Part shown: one piece after another, positions 8,184 to 17,397 of the stretch
How the letters are laid out: every line of letters begins with the position of its first letter
Position numbering within the stretch: the first letter of the stretch is position 1
Source of the DNA: Opitutia bacterium KCR 482
Lineage (GTDB): Bacteria > Verrucomicrobiota > Verrucomicrobiia > Opitutales > Intestinicryptomonadaceae
NCBI GenBank assembly: GCA_029269845.2
Contig: CP149973.1
Location: forward strand, 480,001 to 512,000
DNA length: 32,000 nucleotides
Reading direction: 5' to 3'
Notes under the pieces: generated by a model
Told to the model about the DNA's origin: nothing
What the model saw: the letters and a program-made list of their open reading frames with translations, nothing else
The model's database searches: none
Translations under genes and position numbers: made by a program

Positions 8184-10307
8184 CTATTTTTCCGCTTTTT
8201 TGAAGACTGCAACTACTATCGCCCCGTTTTTGAGCGAAACCGCGAGCGATTTCCCGCCGTTTTCGGGCGTCGCCGTCCAGCCGCCGATTCCGTCCGCATC
8301 GGCAAATTCGTAGCCGTCGGCGGGCGTGAAGACCGCCTTTGCCGAATTCAGATGCGACTGCGTTGCCACAACCGCCATTTTGCCGCCCTCGGTGTCGGTG
8401 TATGTGTAATAATCTATTTGCGGGTTCGAGCATTTTGCCATGTCGACATCGCGGAAGACGCCGTTCAATATGAGCGGGCGGAACTTGTCGCGCAGGGCGT
8501 TGATTTTTATCAGGTACTCCTTGTATTCGGGGACTGCGTCGATTGTCGCGCGGCAGCGGTAGACCGCGACGTCGCTTCTCCACGAGCGCATGAGCGAAAG
8601 GTTGTTGCGGCGCACGATGTCGCGGTTGTCGAGGATTCCCAAATTGCATGTTTTGAATTCGGGGAACGCATACTGGTACATTGGCACGAAGGGCGTAAGC
8701 GGCTTGCCGAACTTGTCTTTGCCTATTCCGTACATCGCCTCGAAGCAGTTGTGGACGTAGTCTACGCTCTTGGCGACGGGGTCGTTGACCCATTCGATGC
8801 CGATGGGCATGTCGGGCTTTTTGCTTCTGATGTATTCGCAGACTTTCGAGAACATTTCGCCCTTGCAGCCCATGATTTCCATGAACGGGACGGGGTGTCC
8901 GTGCGACTTGTCGCAGCACGGCATGCTCTCGTGTCCGATTTGGTCGTAGTAGATGCCGTCCGCGCCGAGGGCTATTGCCCTGTCGGCAAATGATTTCAGC
9001 ACTTCGAACCACTCCTTTGTGTAGGGGCAGCCCGTTGCGAACATTTTGTTGCCGAACACGCGCAGAGCCGTACCGTCGCCTCCGAACGGGTAGTATTGAA
9101 CGTAGGGCATGCCGTCGGCGCGTTTTATTGAAATGCGCTTGCCGACCGTCTTGTAAAACTCCGTGCCCGTGTCGATGAGCTGTCCGTTGAAGTACAGGTG
9201 GACTTTGCCGCCCATTTCCTGAACCTTGCGGATTTGCCGTTTAAGCTCGGCGTCGCCGCCCTGAGTGTCGTCCTCCGAATAGTGGGGGTTGCCCGCGTCC
9301 ATGCCCTCTTTCCACCAGCCGTAGAGCCTGATTGTGTCCATGCCCGACTCTTTTGCCGAGCGGTAGATTTCGGGAATTTTCGAATACGGAAAAAGCACCT
9401 TGCCGTACTGGTGGCGCAGAATCACGCGCTGCCAGCCGTTCGAGGCGAGGAACGCCTTGCTTGCGGGAGTGTGCTTGTACCAAGTGTCTGCCCATTTGCG
9501 GTATTTTTTCGCCGAAACGCGCCAGTCGCCCGAATGCGGCGAAACCACATATTCGGGCAGCACGCGCGACTCCCCCGCGGCGAGCATGGGGTATTTCACC
9601 ATGCCCAAGTCGATTTTATCGTAGTCGAAATTCGCCCCCGCGCCCTCTTTTTTATTGTAGCGGCCAAAGTGGAGGGTCTTGCCGAATTTGGGGTCGTAGT
9701 TTGCGACGTAAAGCGAGTTTTGCGGCTCGCCCACCACAAAGAAATTCATCGCAAGCTTCCCTGGGTAAAGCGCGTAGCGTTCGATTGCCTTTTCGTCGCC
9801 CGACATGTACGAAGTGTATCCCGCGCGAACCCATTTTTTGATGTCGGGAAAAAACTCTCCGCCGCAATGCGTCCAGCAGTACGAGCTGTCGGGAAGCAGA
9901 TTTACGGAGCGGATTAACGGGAACTGGAATTCGCGCAGAACCTTGTCTTTCGAGGCGTTTTTGATTTCGGGGACAAACCTGATTTCGTCGCCCGAAAGCG
10001 TGCACGTGATTTTTACAGGGAATTCGCCGCCGAATGTCAGCACGACCGACTCTCCCACTTTCTCAGCCTTTGCGGGAACGTCTTTCGGCTCTACAAGCTC
10101 TTCCATCGAAAGCCCGTCCCGGTAGATTATGCGCCAGAGTCCGCCGCCGCCCGCGTACTCCCTGCCCGTTTCGAGGTTTTTCAGCGAAACGAGACCGCCG
10201 TTTTCGTCCACCGCGAACAAGACCTTGTCGTTCCTCAATTCGACCGTGCCCGCCGACGCAAGCAGGTTGCATGTCAAAATTCCCATAATTGCGTATATGT
10301 ATTTCAT
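8184..10307 (-). CDS. Secreted TIM-barrel glycoside-hydrolase-like protein of uncharacterised family (resembles DUF6259-type proteins)
   Basis: Start taken at ATG 10307 (residue 140 of track ORF 8184..10724), preceded by AAAGAGGAAAACC. The protein begins MKYIYAIMGILTCNLLASAG (signal peptide). The central region ...DTIRLYGWWKEGMD...VHLYFNGQLID...GADGIYYDQIGHESMPCCDKSHGHP... looks like an (alpha/beta)8 hydrolase. The family call is from memory only. Confidence 0.8.
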   Translation of the reverse strand: MKYIYAIMGILTCNLLASAGTVELRNDKVLFAVDENGGLVSLKNLETGREYAGGGGLWRIIYRDGLSMEELVEPKDVPAKAEKVGESVVLTFGGEFPVKITCTLSGDEIRFVPEIKNASKDKVLREFQFPLIRSVNLLPDSSYCWTHCGGEFFPDIKKWVRAGYTSYMSGDEKAIERYALYPGKLAMNFFVVGEPQNSLYVANYDPKFGKTLHFGRYNKKEGAGANFDYDKIDLGMVKYPMLAAGESRVLPEYVVSPHSGDWRVSAKKYRKWADTWYKHTPASKAFLASNGWQRVILRHQYGKVLFPYSKIPEIYRSAKESGMDTIRLYGWWKEGMDAGNPHYSEDDTQGGDAELKRQIRKVQEMGGKVHLYFNGQLIDTGTEFYKTVGKRISIKRADGMPYVQYYPFGGDGTALRVFGNKMFATGCPYTKEWFEVLKSFADRAIALGADGIYYDQIGHESMPCCDKSHGHPVPFMEIMGCKGEMFSKVCEYIRSKKPDMPIGIEWVNDPVAKSVDYVHNCFEAMYGIGKDKFGKPLTPFVPMYQYAFPEFKTCNLGILDNRDIVRRNNLSLMRSWRSDVAVYRCRATIDAVPEYKEYLIKINALRDKFRPLILNGVFRDVDMAKCSNPQIDYYTYTDTEGGKMAVVATQSHLNSAKAVFTPADGYEFADADGIGGWTATPENGGKSLAVSLKNGAIVVAVFKKAEK

Positions 10308-10464
10308 GGTTTTCCTCTTTTTTTTAAAGTGAATTATAAACACCCCGTACCCCGTGTCAAATTCCGACTTCCGCGCGCGTTGAATGCCCGCGCTAGTTTG
10401 GTTCACTATTTTGACTTTTTCGAATTTTCCGAATCGGCTTGAAAAAAACGCGCCGACCGATTCA

Positions 10465-11583
10465 ATGAAATCCATGAAAAGATTTTTCCCGACTCTGCTT
10501 GCCGCCGCCCTTTCCGCCTCCCCGCTTTTTGCCCGCATAGGCGAGACAAAAAACGACATGCAAAGCCGCATGCTCACAAAAACGGGCGGCGCGTATGCGT
10601 ACACGTCGAAGGAGGAACGCCTGCGCGAGACGCTCGAACTTCCGTACAAGCACGTCTTTCTGCTCATGCCAAAAGACGCGCAAAACTTCTTTTTCTTCAA
10701 ACGCGCCGACGCCGCAACGTCCACCGCAAGCGACGTCGTCCAACAGCACGACCTCTACGGCTGGGAGCTGCACGTCTGCTTCGACGGCGCAAACTCCGCG
10801 CTCGAAACCTACCGCCGCCACGGCGAACCGCTGTCCGTTGAGGAGCTTGCCGCGCTCTTCGACGCGCAGACCGCGGGCAAAGACGGCGTCTTCTGGCGAA
10901 GGTCGGACTTCACCGAAACGCTCAAATCGTGGCGCGTCGCAAGCCCCGAAAAAACGCCCGACGGCAAGCCGAAAAGCGTAGCCGACATTCTCCCCCAAAG
11001 CGCGTCGCGACCGATATTCGTCGAAATTCCGCAGGACGTGAAAAACTCCGCCGACTATGGACAGTCCATTCAGGCGCAAATAATGGAGTTCGAACAGCGC
11101 AACGCCTACGACGCTTACAGAAAATACGTCGCAAAACAGTCGGCGATAAGCGCGTCAAAGACCGCCCCAAGCTCGGCGGGCAAGGGCAAGAAGAACGCCG
11201 CGCCGGCGGGAAATTCAAGCGTGCGCAAGGTAAACCCGTTCGACGGCGGCACGCAAAAATACGTCGAAATAGACTCCGAATCGGGCGGCGAAACCCTCCG
11301 CACCGCCTACCTGTTGCGCGACGTTTTCTACGGCGGCTCGCTTCCGCAAACGCCCACAAAAGAGGTTCGCATTCAGATGAAAATTCCCCTGCGCCCCGAC
11401 ACCGCTTTCGGCTACGACTTCGAAACCTCCGACGGCAAGCTCCGCGCAAAGCTTTTCAAAAAGGGCGTGCTGTTCGTTTCGGCCAAGTTCGACTCGGAGC
11501 TTAGGAAATATATGGAGTCGCTCTACGAAAGGCAGTCCGCCGAACGCGCCGAAAGCGCGAGGGAGTCCACCCTTAAATTCTGA
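10465..11583 (+). CDS. Secreted hypothetical protein
   Basis: Start taken at ATG 10465 (residue 28 of track ORF 10384..11583). The protein begins MKSMKRFFPTLLAAALSASPLFA (signal peptide). I recognise no motif. Composition and codon use look coding. Confidence 0.7.
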   Translation: MKSMKRFFPTLLAAALSASPLFARIGETKNDMQSRMLTKTGGAYAYTSKEERLRETLELPYKHVFLLMPKDAQNFFFFKRADAATSTASDVVQQHDLYGWELHVCFDGANSALETYRRHGEPLSVEELAALFDAQTAGKDGVFWRRSDFTETLKSWRVASPEKTPDGKPKSVADILPQSASRPIFVEIPQDVKNSADYGQSIQAQIMEFEQRNAYDAYRKYVAKQSAISASKTAPSSAGKGKKNAAPAGNSSVRKVNPFDGGTQKYVEIDSESGGETLRTAYLLRDVFYGGSLPQTPTKEVRIQMKIPLRPDTAFGYDFETSDGKLRAKLFKKGVLFVSAKFDSELRKYMESLYERQSAERAESARESTLKF

Positions 11584-11723
11584 CGCTTTCCGCCGACGCC
11601 CGCGCAAACATACCCGCGCTATTTCAGACGCTGAGGCTCTCCACGCATCCGCAAAACGCACTCTGAGGGAAACGCAAAACCGCGGCATCGACACTCCGCA
11701 GGCGTTTCGGGCGGCGGGCGTTT

Positions 11724-11751
11724 GCGCCGATTTAAGTCGGCGTAATTTTTT
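11724..11751 (+). terminator. Terminator-like hairpin just upstream of bfr
   Basis: gcgccga-tttaag-tcggcg followed by taattttttg. It ends 16 nt before the bfr ATG (11767) and lies about 140 nt after the stop of the upstream gene. Confidence 0.5.
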
Positions 11752-11766
11752 GCGATACGGTGTGAT

Positions 11767-12267
11767 ATGAACAGAGAAAAAAGCATCGAATTGTTGAATA
11801 AGGCCGTCGCCGAAGAACTGCTCTCCACCGAGCAATACCTGTATTTCCACTTCCACTGCGCAGACAAGGGCTTCATGCCGCTTGCCGACATTTTCATGCG
11901 CATTTCAATCGTCGAGATGAAGCACATCGACGCCCTCGCGGAGCGCATTCTGTTCCTGAAAGGCGACGTCGATATGGTGCCGTCGGGCACGGTGAAAAAA
12001 ATCCGCGATGTTTCCGAAATGCTCAAATTCTCGTGCAAGCTCGAAGAGGGAAGCATTGCCGACTACAACAAATGGGCGAACGAGGCAAGCCAGCTCGCCG
12101 ACAGCGCGACGAAAACGCTTTTCGAAAGGCTCATTTCCGCCGAGGAGGAACACCTCGACATTTTCGACACCGAGCTTGGCAACCTCGAAACTTTCGGCGA
12201 CGGATACCTTTCCTTGCAGGCAATCAGCCACTCGAAAGAGGCGGCAAAGGGCAGTGTAAACAAATAG
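11767..12267 (+). CDS. bfr: Bacterioferritin / ferritin-like di-iron protein
   Basis: 166 aa. LNKAVAEELLSTEQYLYFHF..., ISIVEMKHIDALAERILFLKG and SAEEEHLDIFDTELG follow the Bfr helix pattern with the E..EMKH and EExH di-iron ligands. Confidence 0.88.
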   Translation: MNREKSIELLNKAVAEELLSTEQYLYFHFHCADKGFMPLADIFMRISIVEMKHIDALAERILFLKGDVDMVPSGTVKKIRDVSEMLKFSCKLEEGSIADYNKWANEASQLADSATKTLFERLISAEEEHLDIFDTELGNLETFGDGYLSLQAISHSKEAAKGSVNK

Positions 12268-12326
12268 CGCGTCGGACGCATGGCGGCGCAACGCGCGGTT
12301 TCCCCGCTCAAAAATCTTCCGAGCGC

Positions 12327-12362
12327 AAAAAAATCGGGCTTTGAAATAAAGCCCGATTTTTT
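12327..12362. terminator. Bidirectional intrinsic terminator between convergent bfr and the CapD-like gene
   Basis: aaaaaaa-tcgggcttt-gaaat-aaagcccga-ttttttg, a perfect stem with flanking A-run and T-run. Confidence 0.85.
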
Positions 12363-12376
12363 GCGTCCGCGCCGCC

Positions 12377-14263
12377 CTACTCGTTTATCTGCGGCTTGTA
12401 TTCGGGAACGTACTCCAAAATAAAGCGTTTCAAATCGTTGCTGCTGCGCTTGTCGGCTGTCGCCAAAATTTCGTCGATTACCCCCTGCATTCTTTCGAAC
12501 GACGGCGGCTCGGACACGAAGCCGAATATGCGCGGGTGCTCGGTTTTGACGAGCGTCTCGTTTTTGTGCTGCAACTCTTCGTAGAGCTTTTCCCCCGAAC
12601 GCAGGCCTATGAATTCTATTTTTATGTCGACGTCGGGCTCGTAGCCGCTCAGGCGTATCATTTGCCGCGCCAAGTCTACCACTTTAACGGGTTCGCCCAT
12701 GTCGAGCACGAAAATCTCGCCGCCGACCGCCTGCGCGCCGCATTGGAGCACAAGCCCCACGGCTTCGGGAATCGTCATGAAATATCTTGTTACTTCGGGG
12801 TGGGTTACGGTGACAGGGCCGCCCTCGGCAATCTGGCGTTTGAACGTGGGAATCACGCTGCCCGACGAGCCGAGCACGTTGCCGAAGCGCACCGCCACAA
12901 ACTGCGTCTTATTGCCCGCCGAATTTTGAACCGCCTGAACCGCCTTTTCGGCGAGGCGTTTTGTTGCGCCCATCACGTTTGTGGGGTTGATTGCCTTGTC
13001 TGTCGAAATCAGCAGGAATTTTTCAACCCCGTATTTGCTTGCAATCCGCGCGATGTTCCAAGTGCCGAAAGTGTTGTTTTTCAGCGCCTCGCCCGGTTGC
13101 GACTCCATCATCGGAACGTGTTTGTGGGCGGCGGCGTGGAAAATAAGCTCCGGCTTGTAGAACGAAATTATGCGCTCCATGCGCTTTTCGTCGGCGACGC
13201 TTCCGACAAGCGGCTTGATGTTTATACCGTAGCCGCCGCGCAGAATTTTCTGCTCTACCTGAAAGAGCTGGACTTCGCAGTGGTCGAGCATAATCAGAAG
13301 CGACGGCGATTTCGACGCAATCTGCTTGCAAAGCTCGCTTCCGATACTGCCGCCCGCGCCCGTCACCATGACGACCCTGTTTTTTATCATGCCGTCAATC
13401 GCGTGCGAATCGAGGGTTATTTGCTCGCGCCCCAAGATGTCCTCGATTGCGACTTCGCGGTAGTTCGAAATTTTTGCGTAGCCCGACGCAAGTTCGAAGT
13501 ACGACGGCACAATGCTCGTTTCCACTCCCGCCTTCGAAAAATCCGCGGTGATTTCGGCGATTTTCCCTTTCGGGAGGTTCGAGATTGCGATTATCGCGCG
13601 GTCGAGCTTGTAGTGCTTCGCGAGGGTATCGAAGTTGGTCTTCAACGCAGCCACTTCCAAGCCCAGAATCTGGCAGCCTATTTTCTGCTTGTCGTCGTCC
13701 AAAAACACGACGGGGTTTATGCCCATGCGTTTGCGCGAAAGAAGGTCGGAGGCAAGCGACGTGCCCAAGTCTCCCGCGCCGATTATAGCCACGCGCTCGT
13801 GCTTTACCGCGTGCACTCTGTCGCGCATATAGCGCTCCCTGCACATGCGCAGGAAGAGCCTGAACGACGTGCAGAGAACCACCGACAGCACGAAGTCCGC
13901 AAGAATCACGCCGCGCGGGAAAATTATGCCGCTAAACGCCAGCCAATTCAGAAAAAACAGCACGGTTGAGGCAATCAGCATCGACCAGAATATGCGCACC
14001 ACGTCGGGCATATGGAAGAAGCTCAGCAGTCCCCTGAACTGTCCGAAAACCGCGAGACAGCAGATTTTAAGCGGAAGCACCAGCAGGTACAAATCGAGAA
14101 TGTTATACCTGCCGATTGAGGCGAAATTGAAGTCGAAGCGCAGCAGGAACGACACGAGCAGCGACACGAACGTAATCGCCGAATACACCAGCGACACCAG
14201 CGCGGTTCTCACGCTCACGCAACCCGAAACGAAGCCCGCAAATTTTTTTATAAATTTTTTCAT
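12377..14263 (-). CDS. Membrane-bound polysaccharide biosynthesis protein, CapD/PglF/WbpM-type NDP-sugar 4,6-dehydratase/epimerase
   Basis: Start taken at ATG 14263 (MKKFIKKFAGF..., residue 74 of track ORF 12377..14482). This avoids overlap with the ABC-F gene. Four N-terminal hydrophobic helices are followed by a Rossmann motif VTGAGGSIGSEL and SDR-type sequence (HAAAHKHVP, STDKAINPTNVMGATKR). Confidence 0.9.
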   Translation of the reverse strand: MKKFIKKFAGFVSGCVSVRTALVSLVYSAITFVSLLVSFLLRFDFNFASIGRYNILDLYLLVLPLKICCLAVFGQFRGLLSFFHMPDVVRIFWSMLIASTVLFFLNWLAFSGIIFPRGVILADFVLSVVLCTSFRLFLRMCRERYMRDRVHAVKHERVAIIGAGDLGTSLASDLLSRKRMGINPVVFLDDDKQKIGCQILGLEVAALKTNFDTLAKHYKLDRAIIAISNLPKGKIAEITADFSKAGVETSIVPSYFELASGYAKISNYREVAIEDILGREQITLDSHAIDGMIKNRVVMVTGAGGSIGSELCKQIASKSPSLLIMLDHCEVQLFQVEQKILRGGYGINIKPLVGSVADEKRMERIISFYKPELIFHAAAHKHVPMMESQPGEALKNNTFGTWNIARIASKYGVEKFLLISTDKAINPTNVMGATKRLAEKAVQAVQNSAGNKTQFVAVRFGNVLGSSGSVIPTFKRQIAEGGPVTVTHPEVTRYFMTIPEAVGLVLQCGAQAVGGEIFVLDMGEPVKVVDLARQMIRLSGYEPDVDIKIEFIGLRSGEKLYEELQHKNETLVKTEHPRIFGFVSEPPSFERMQGVIDEILATADKRSSNDLKRFILEYVPEYKPQINE

Positions 14264-14367
14264 ATACCACAACGGCGGACGCCATGCGTCGCGCGTTTTG
14301 CGCGTCCGCAATGCCGCATTTTTGCGCCCGATTCCAACGCCAATCGCGCTTTTTTGCAAGTTAATTA

Positions 14368-16302
14368 TTAAGCGTTCGCGCCCTCGGCTTCGGCGATTTT
14401 TGCGGCGGCGGACTCCCACTCGGCGTAGAGGGAGTCTATCTTTGCCTTCAACGCGTTGTAGCTTTCGGTTATCGACGAACACTGCGCGCCCTTTTTGAAG
14501 AAGTCGGGCGACGACATTTCAAGCTCTATCTGCGCCAAGTCGGACTCCGCCGACGAAATCGCCGCCTCTATTTTAGCCGCCTCCTTTTTGAGTTTGGATA
14601 CGGCTTCGCGGCGTTTCGCCGCCTCGACGCGCCGTTCTTTTGCGTCGGAAATTTTCGCGTTTTTTTTAGCCGACTGCCGCAAAACTATTTTGCCCTCGTT
14701 TTTTATCCGCTCTACGTAGTCGCTCAAATTGCCGACAAACGAGCGCAGACCGTTCGGAGAAAGCTCCAGCACCCTGTCGACCACGGGGTCGAGGAACGCC
14801 CTGTCGTGGCTGACTATAAGGTATGTTCCGCGGTAGGAGGCAAGCGCCTTTTGCAGGACGGCTTTCGAGTTCATGTCGAGGTGGTTGGTAGGCTCGTCGA
14901 GAATCAGAAAGTTGAAGTCTTTCAAAAGCATTTTCGCCAGAGCCAAGCGGTTTTTCTCGCCGCCCGACAGAATTCCGACGCCTTTGAGGACGTCGTTTCC
15001 AGAAAACAGAAACGCGCCCAAAAGGCTTCTGACCTCGCCCTTGCGCTCCATGGGGGCGGCGTTCATAGCCTCGGTCAAAACGTCGTTTGTCGGGTCAAGC
15101 TCGTCCGACTGGTGCTGGGCGAAGTACGACATCTCTACATTCAGCCCAAGCTCTACTTTGCCCGCGTCGGCCGCAAGCCCGCCCGCGATTATCTTGACGA
15201 GCGTGCTCTTGCCCGCTCCGTTTACGCCCACAAGAGCGACGCGCTCGCCGCGCTCTATTTTAAACGAAATGTTGTCGAGCACCCTGTGTTCGCCGAAAGA
15301 CTTGCACACGCCCTCGACGTCGAGCACAACCTGCCCGCAACGCTTTGGCTCCGGAAAGGCGAAACTTATCTGCGAGTTGTCCTCCTCCTCCGCCTCTATG
15401 CGCTCCACTTTGTCGAGAGCCTTTATGCGGCTTTGCACCTGCGCCGCCTTGGAGCTTTTGTACCTGAACCGCTCGATGAACCGCTCGGTCTTTTCTATCG
15501 ACTTGCGCTGGTTTTCGGCGGCGCGCGCAATTTGGTTTCGGCGCGCCTCCGACTCTTTCAGGTAGAATTCGTAGTTGCCCGCGTAGATGTCTATCCTGCC
15601 CTTGACGACGTGGAATGTGCGGTTTGTGAGCGCGTCGAGAAAAGCCCTGTCGTGGCTGACGATTATAACCGAACCCGAATAGCCGCGCAGATAGTCTTCA
15701 AGCCACGCGATTGATTCGATGTCGAGGTGGTTGGTGGGTTCGTCGAGCATGAGCAGGGTCGGCTCCTGCAAAAGGAGCTTCGCGAGGGCGATGCGCATCT
15801 GCCAGCCGCCCGAAAACTCGCAGCACGGGCGCGGCATGTCGGACATTTTGAAGCCCAAGCCCTGCAAAACCGTCTCCACGCGCGAGCGCACTTTCGACTC
15901 CTCCGCGTCTTCGAGCTTGTGGGCAATCTCGCCCATTTCCTCCACGGCGTCGGCGTATTCGCGCGAAGACGCGGCGGCAGCGGCGATTATCGAGTCTACC
16001 TCCGCCATTCTCGCGCGAAGCTCCACGACCTTCCCGAACGCCGACTCAACCTCGTCGAAAAGCGGGCGGCTGCCCACCACTATCGCGTCCTGCGGAAGAT
16101 AGCCGACCGTCGCGTACTTGGGCTTTGCGATTTCGCCCGCGTCGGGGTGCTCCAAGCCGCAGAGGATTTTCAGGAGCGTGCTCTTGCCCGCTCCGTTCGA
16201 GCCTACAAGCCCGATTCTGTCGCCCTTGTTTATGACCGCGTTTGCGCCGCCGAAAATCGTCCGCGCCCCGAATGCAAGCTCTATGTTCCGTAGTTCAATC
16301 AT
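14368..16302 (-). CDS. ABC-F family ATPase (two ABC domains, no transmembrane domain; Uup/YheS-like)
   Basis: 644 aa. Walker A occurs twice (GSNGAGKST, GVNGAGKST), as do the signatures (LSGGWQMR, LSGGEKNR). There is an inter-domain linker and a C-terminal coiled-coil tail. Confidence 0.93.
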   Translation of the reverse strand: MIELRNIELAFGARTIFGGANAVINKGDRIGLVGSNGAGKSTLLKILCGLEHPDAGEIAKPKYATVGYLPQDAIVVGSRPLFDEVESAFGKVVELRARMAEVDSIIAAAAASSREYADAVEEMGEIAHKLEDAEESKVRSRVETVLQGLGFKMSDMPRPCCEFSGGWQMRIALAKLLLQEPTLLMLDEPTNHLDIESIAWLEDYLRGYSGSVIIVSHDRAFLDALTNRTFHVVKGRIDIYAGNYEFYLKESEARRNQIARAAENQRKSIEKTERFIERFRYKSSKAAQVQSRIKALDKVERIEAEEEDNSQISFAFPEPKRCGQVVLDVEGVCKSFGEHRVLDNISFKIERGERVALVGVNGAGKSTLVKIIAGGLAADAGKVELGLNVEMSYFAQHQSDELDPTNDVLTEAMNAAPMERKGEVRSLLGAFLFSGNDVLKGVGILSGGEKNRLALAKMLLKDFNFLILDEPTNHLDMNSKAVLQKALASYRGTYLIVSHDRAFLDPVVDRVLELSPNGLRSFVGNLSDYVERIKNEGKIVLRQSAKKNAKISDAKERRVEAAKRREAVSKLKKEAAKIEAAISSAESDLAQIELEMSSPDFFKKGAQCSSITESYNALKAKIDSLYAEWESAAAKIAEAEGANA

Positions 16303-16307
16303 CGCAT

Positions 16308-16337
16308 AAAAAACGCGCCCGCCGCAAACGCGGCGGG
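16308..16337 (-). terminator. Intrinsic terminator after pta, ending 6 nt before the ABC-F start codon
   Basis: Minus strand reads cccgccgc-gttt-gcggcggg-cgcg-tttttt. The 8-bp GC stem spans 16318-16337 and the T-run is at 16308-16313. Confidence 0.7.
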
Positions 16338-16359
16338 ACGCCGAAACAAAATGCGGAAT

Positions 16360-17397
16360 TTACAGCGACTCCGTCGAAAGGAAACGCCTGTCGACAGCCT
16401 GCGCCCCCACAATCACGCTTGTGCCGAATATCTCGTTGACCGACGCCCCGCGCGAAATTTCCGCAACGGGCTTTGTCAGCCCCGTAAGCACACGGCCGTA
16501 GCAGTTGACGGTGGAAACAACCTGCAACATGCTCGAGGCAATGTTGCCCGAATTGAGGTCGGGGAAAATCAGCACGTTCGCGCGGCCGGCAACGGAACTG
16601 TGGATCCCCTTCAAGTCGGCGACTTCGCGTTTGAGGGCGGCGTCTACTTGAAGCTCGCCGTCGATGTCTATTGCGATGTCGCAAGTCTTCGCCTTCTCGT
16701 GCGCGAGCGACGTCGCCGATTTTACCTTCAAAACCGAATGCTGTGTTGACGATGGCGTTTTCGAAGTATACGCAAGCATTGCAACGCGCGGAGTTTCGAG
16801 GGTGAGGTGGTTCACGAGAATCGCGGTCGTTATCGCGATGTCGCAGAGCTGCGGCTCTGTGGGTTCCGGAATTACGCCGCAATCGGCAAGGAAAAGGTCG
16901 CCGTTAATGCCAAGTTCGGGGTTTTCGGTGGAAACCACCATCAGCGAACTCGCCGTGCCGAAACCCTTTTGGAGCGGGATTATCTGCAAGACTGGGCGCA
17001 ACACGCCAGAGGTCGCGACGGTCGCGCCCGCAACCATGGCGTCGGCGCGTCCGGTCGCAAGCATGAGGGTTGCAAAATAGTTGGGTTGAAGCGCCATCGC
17101 ATTGATTTCCTGCGAATCGAAACTGCGGAACTTCGGCAAGCCGTGGAGGAGCTTCATGAGCGCAACGGAGTCGTCCGCCGAAACGGGGTCGATAATCTTG
17201 ATGCCGTCCAAACGGATGTCCAAAGACTTGGCGATGTCTTCAATCTTCTGCTTTTCGCCGATGATAATCGGCACGCCCAACTTGCGCGTTGCAAACTGGC
17301 GCGCAGCCTGAATTACGCGCGGGTCGGTGCCGTCGGGATAGACAATTCTCTTGGGGTGGTTCTGCAACCGTGCGGAAAGTTTTTTTACCAGTGCCAT
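16360..17397 (-). CDS. pta: Phosphate acetyltransferase (PTA_PTB family, short form)
   Basis: 345 aa. It shows ...RIVYPDGTDPRVIQAA..., ADAMVAGATVATSGVLRP, FLADCGVIPEPT, IDGELQVDAAL, VAGRANVLIFPDLNSGNI and KPVAEISRGAS. A phosphate butyryltransferase assignment cannot be fully excluded. Confidence 0.85.
   Translation of the reverse strand: MALVKKLSARLQNHPKRIVYPDGTDPRVIQAARQFATRKLGVPIIIGEKQKIEDIAKSLDIRLDGIKIIDPVSADDSVALMKLLHGLPKFRSFDSQEINAMALQPNYFATLMLATGRADAMVAGATVATSGVLRPVLQIIPLQKGFGTASSLMVVSTENPELGINGDLFLADCGVIPEPTEPQLCDIAITTAILVNHLTLETPRVAMLAYTSKTPSSTQHSVLKVKSATSLAHEKAKTCDIAIDIDGELQVDAALKREVADLKGIHSSVAGRANVLIFPDLNSGNIASSMLQVVSTVNCYGRVLTGLTKPVAEISRGASVNEIFGTSVIVGAQAVDRRFLSTESL

Noticed and set aside
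10308-10724. Upstream extensions of track ORFs: 8184..10724, 12377..14482, 2237..3238, 28971..31415, 891..2039, 10384..11583, 20693..21520 and 27400..28944.
   Set aside because: The extended N-termini are Arg-rich and overlap neighbouring genes or divergent promoters. In each case an internal ATG, verified both in the sequence and by residue counting, gives a signal peptide or the canonical family N-terminus, often behind a GGAG/GAGGA-like site.
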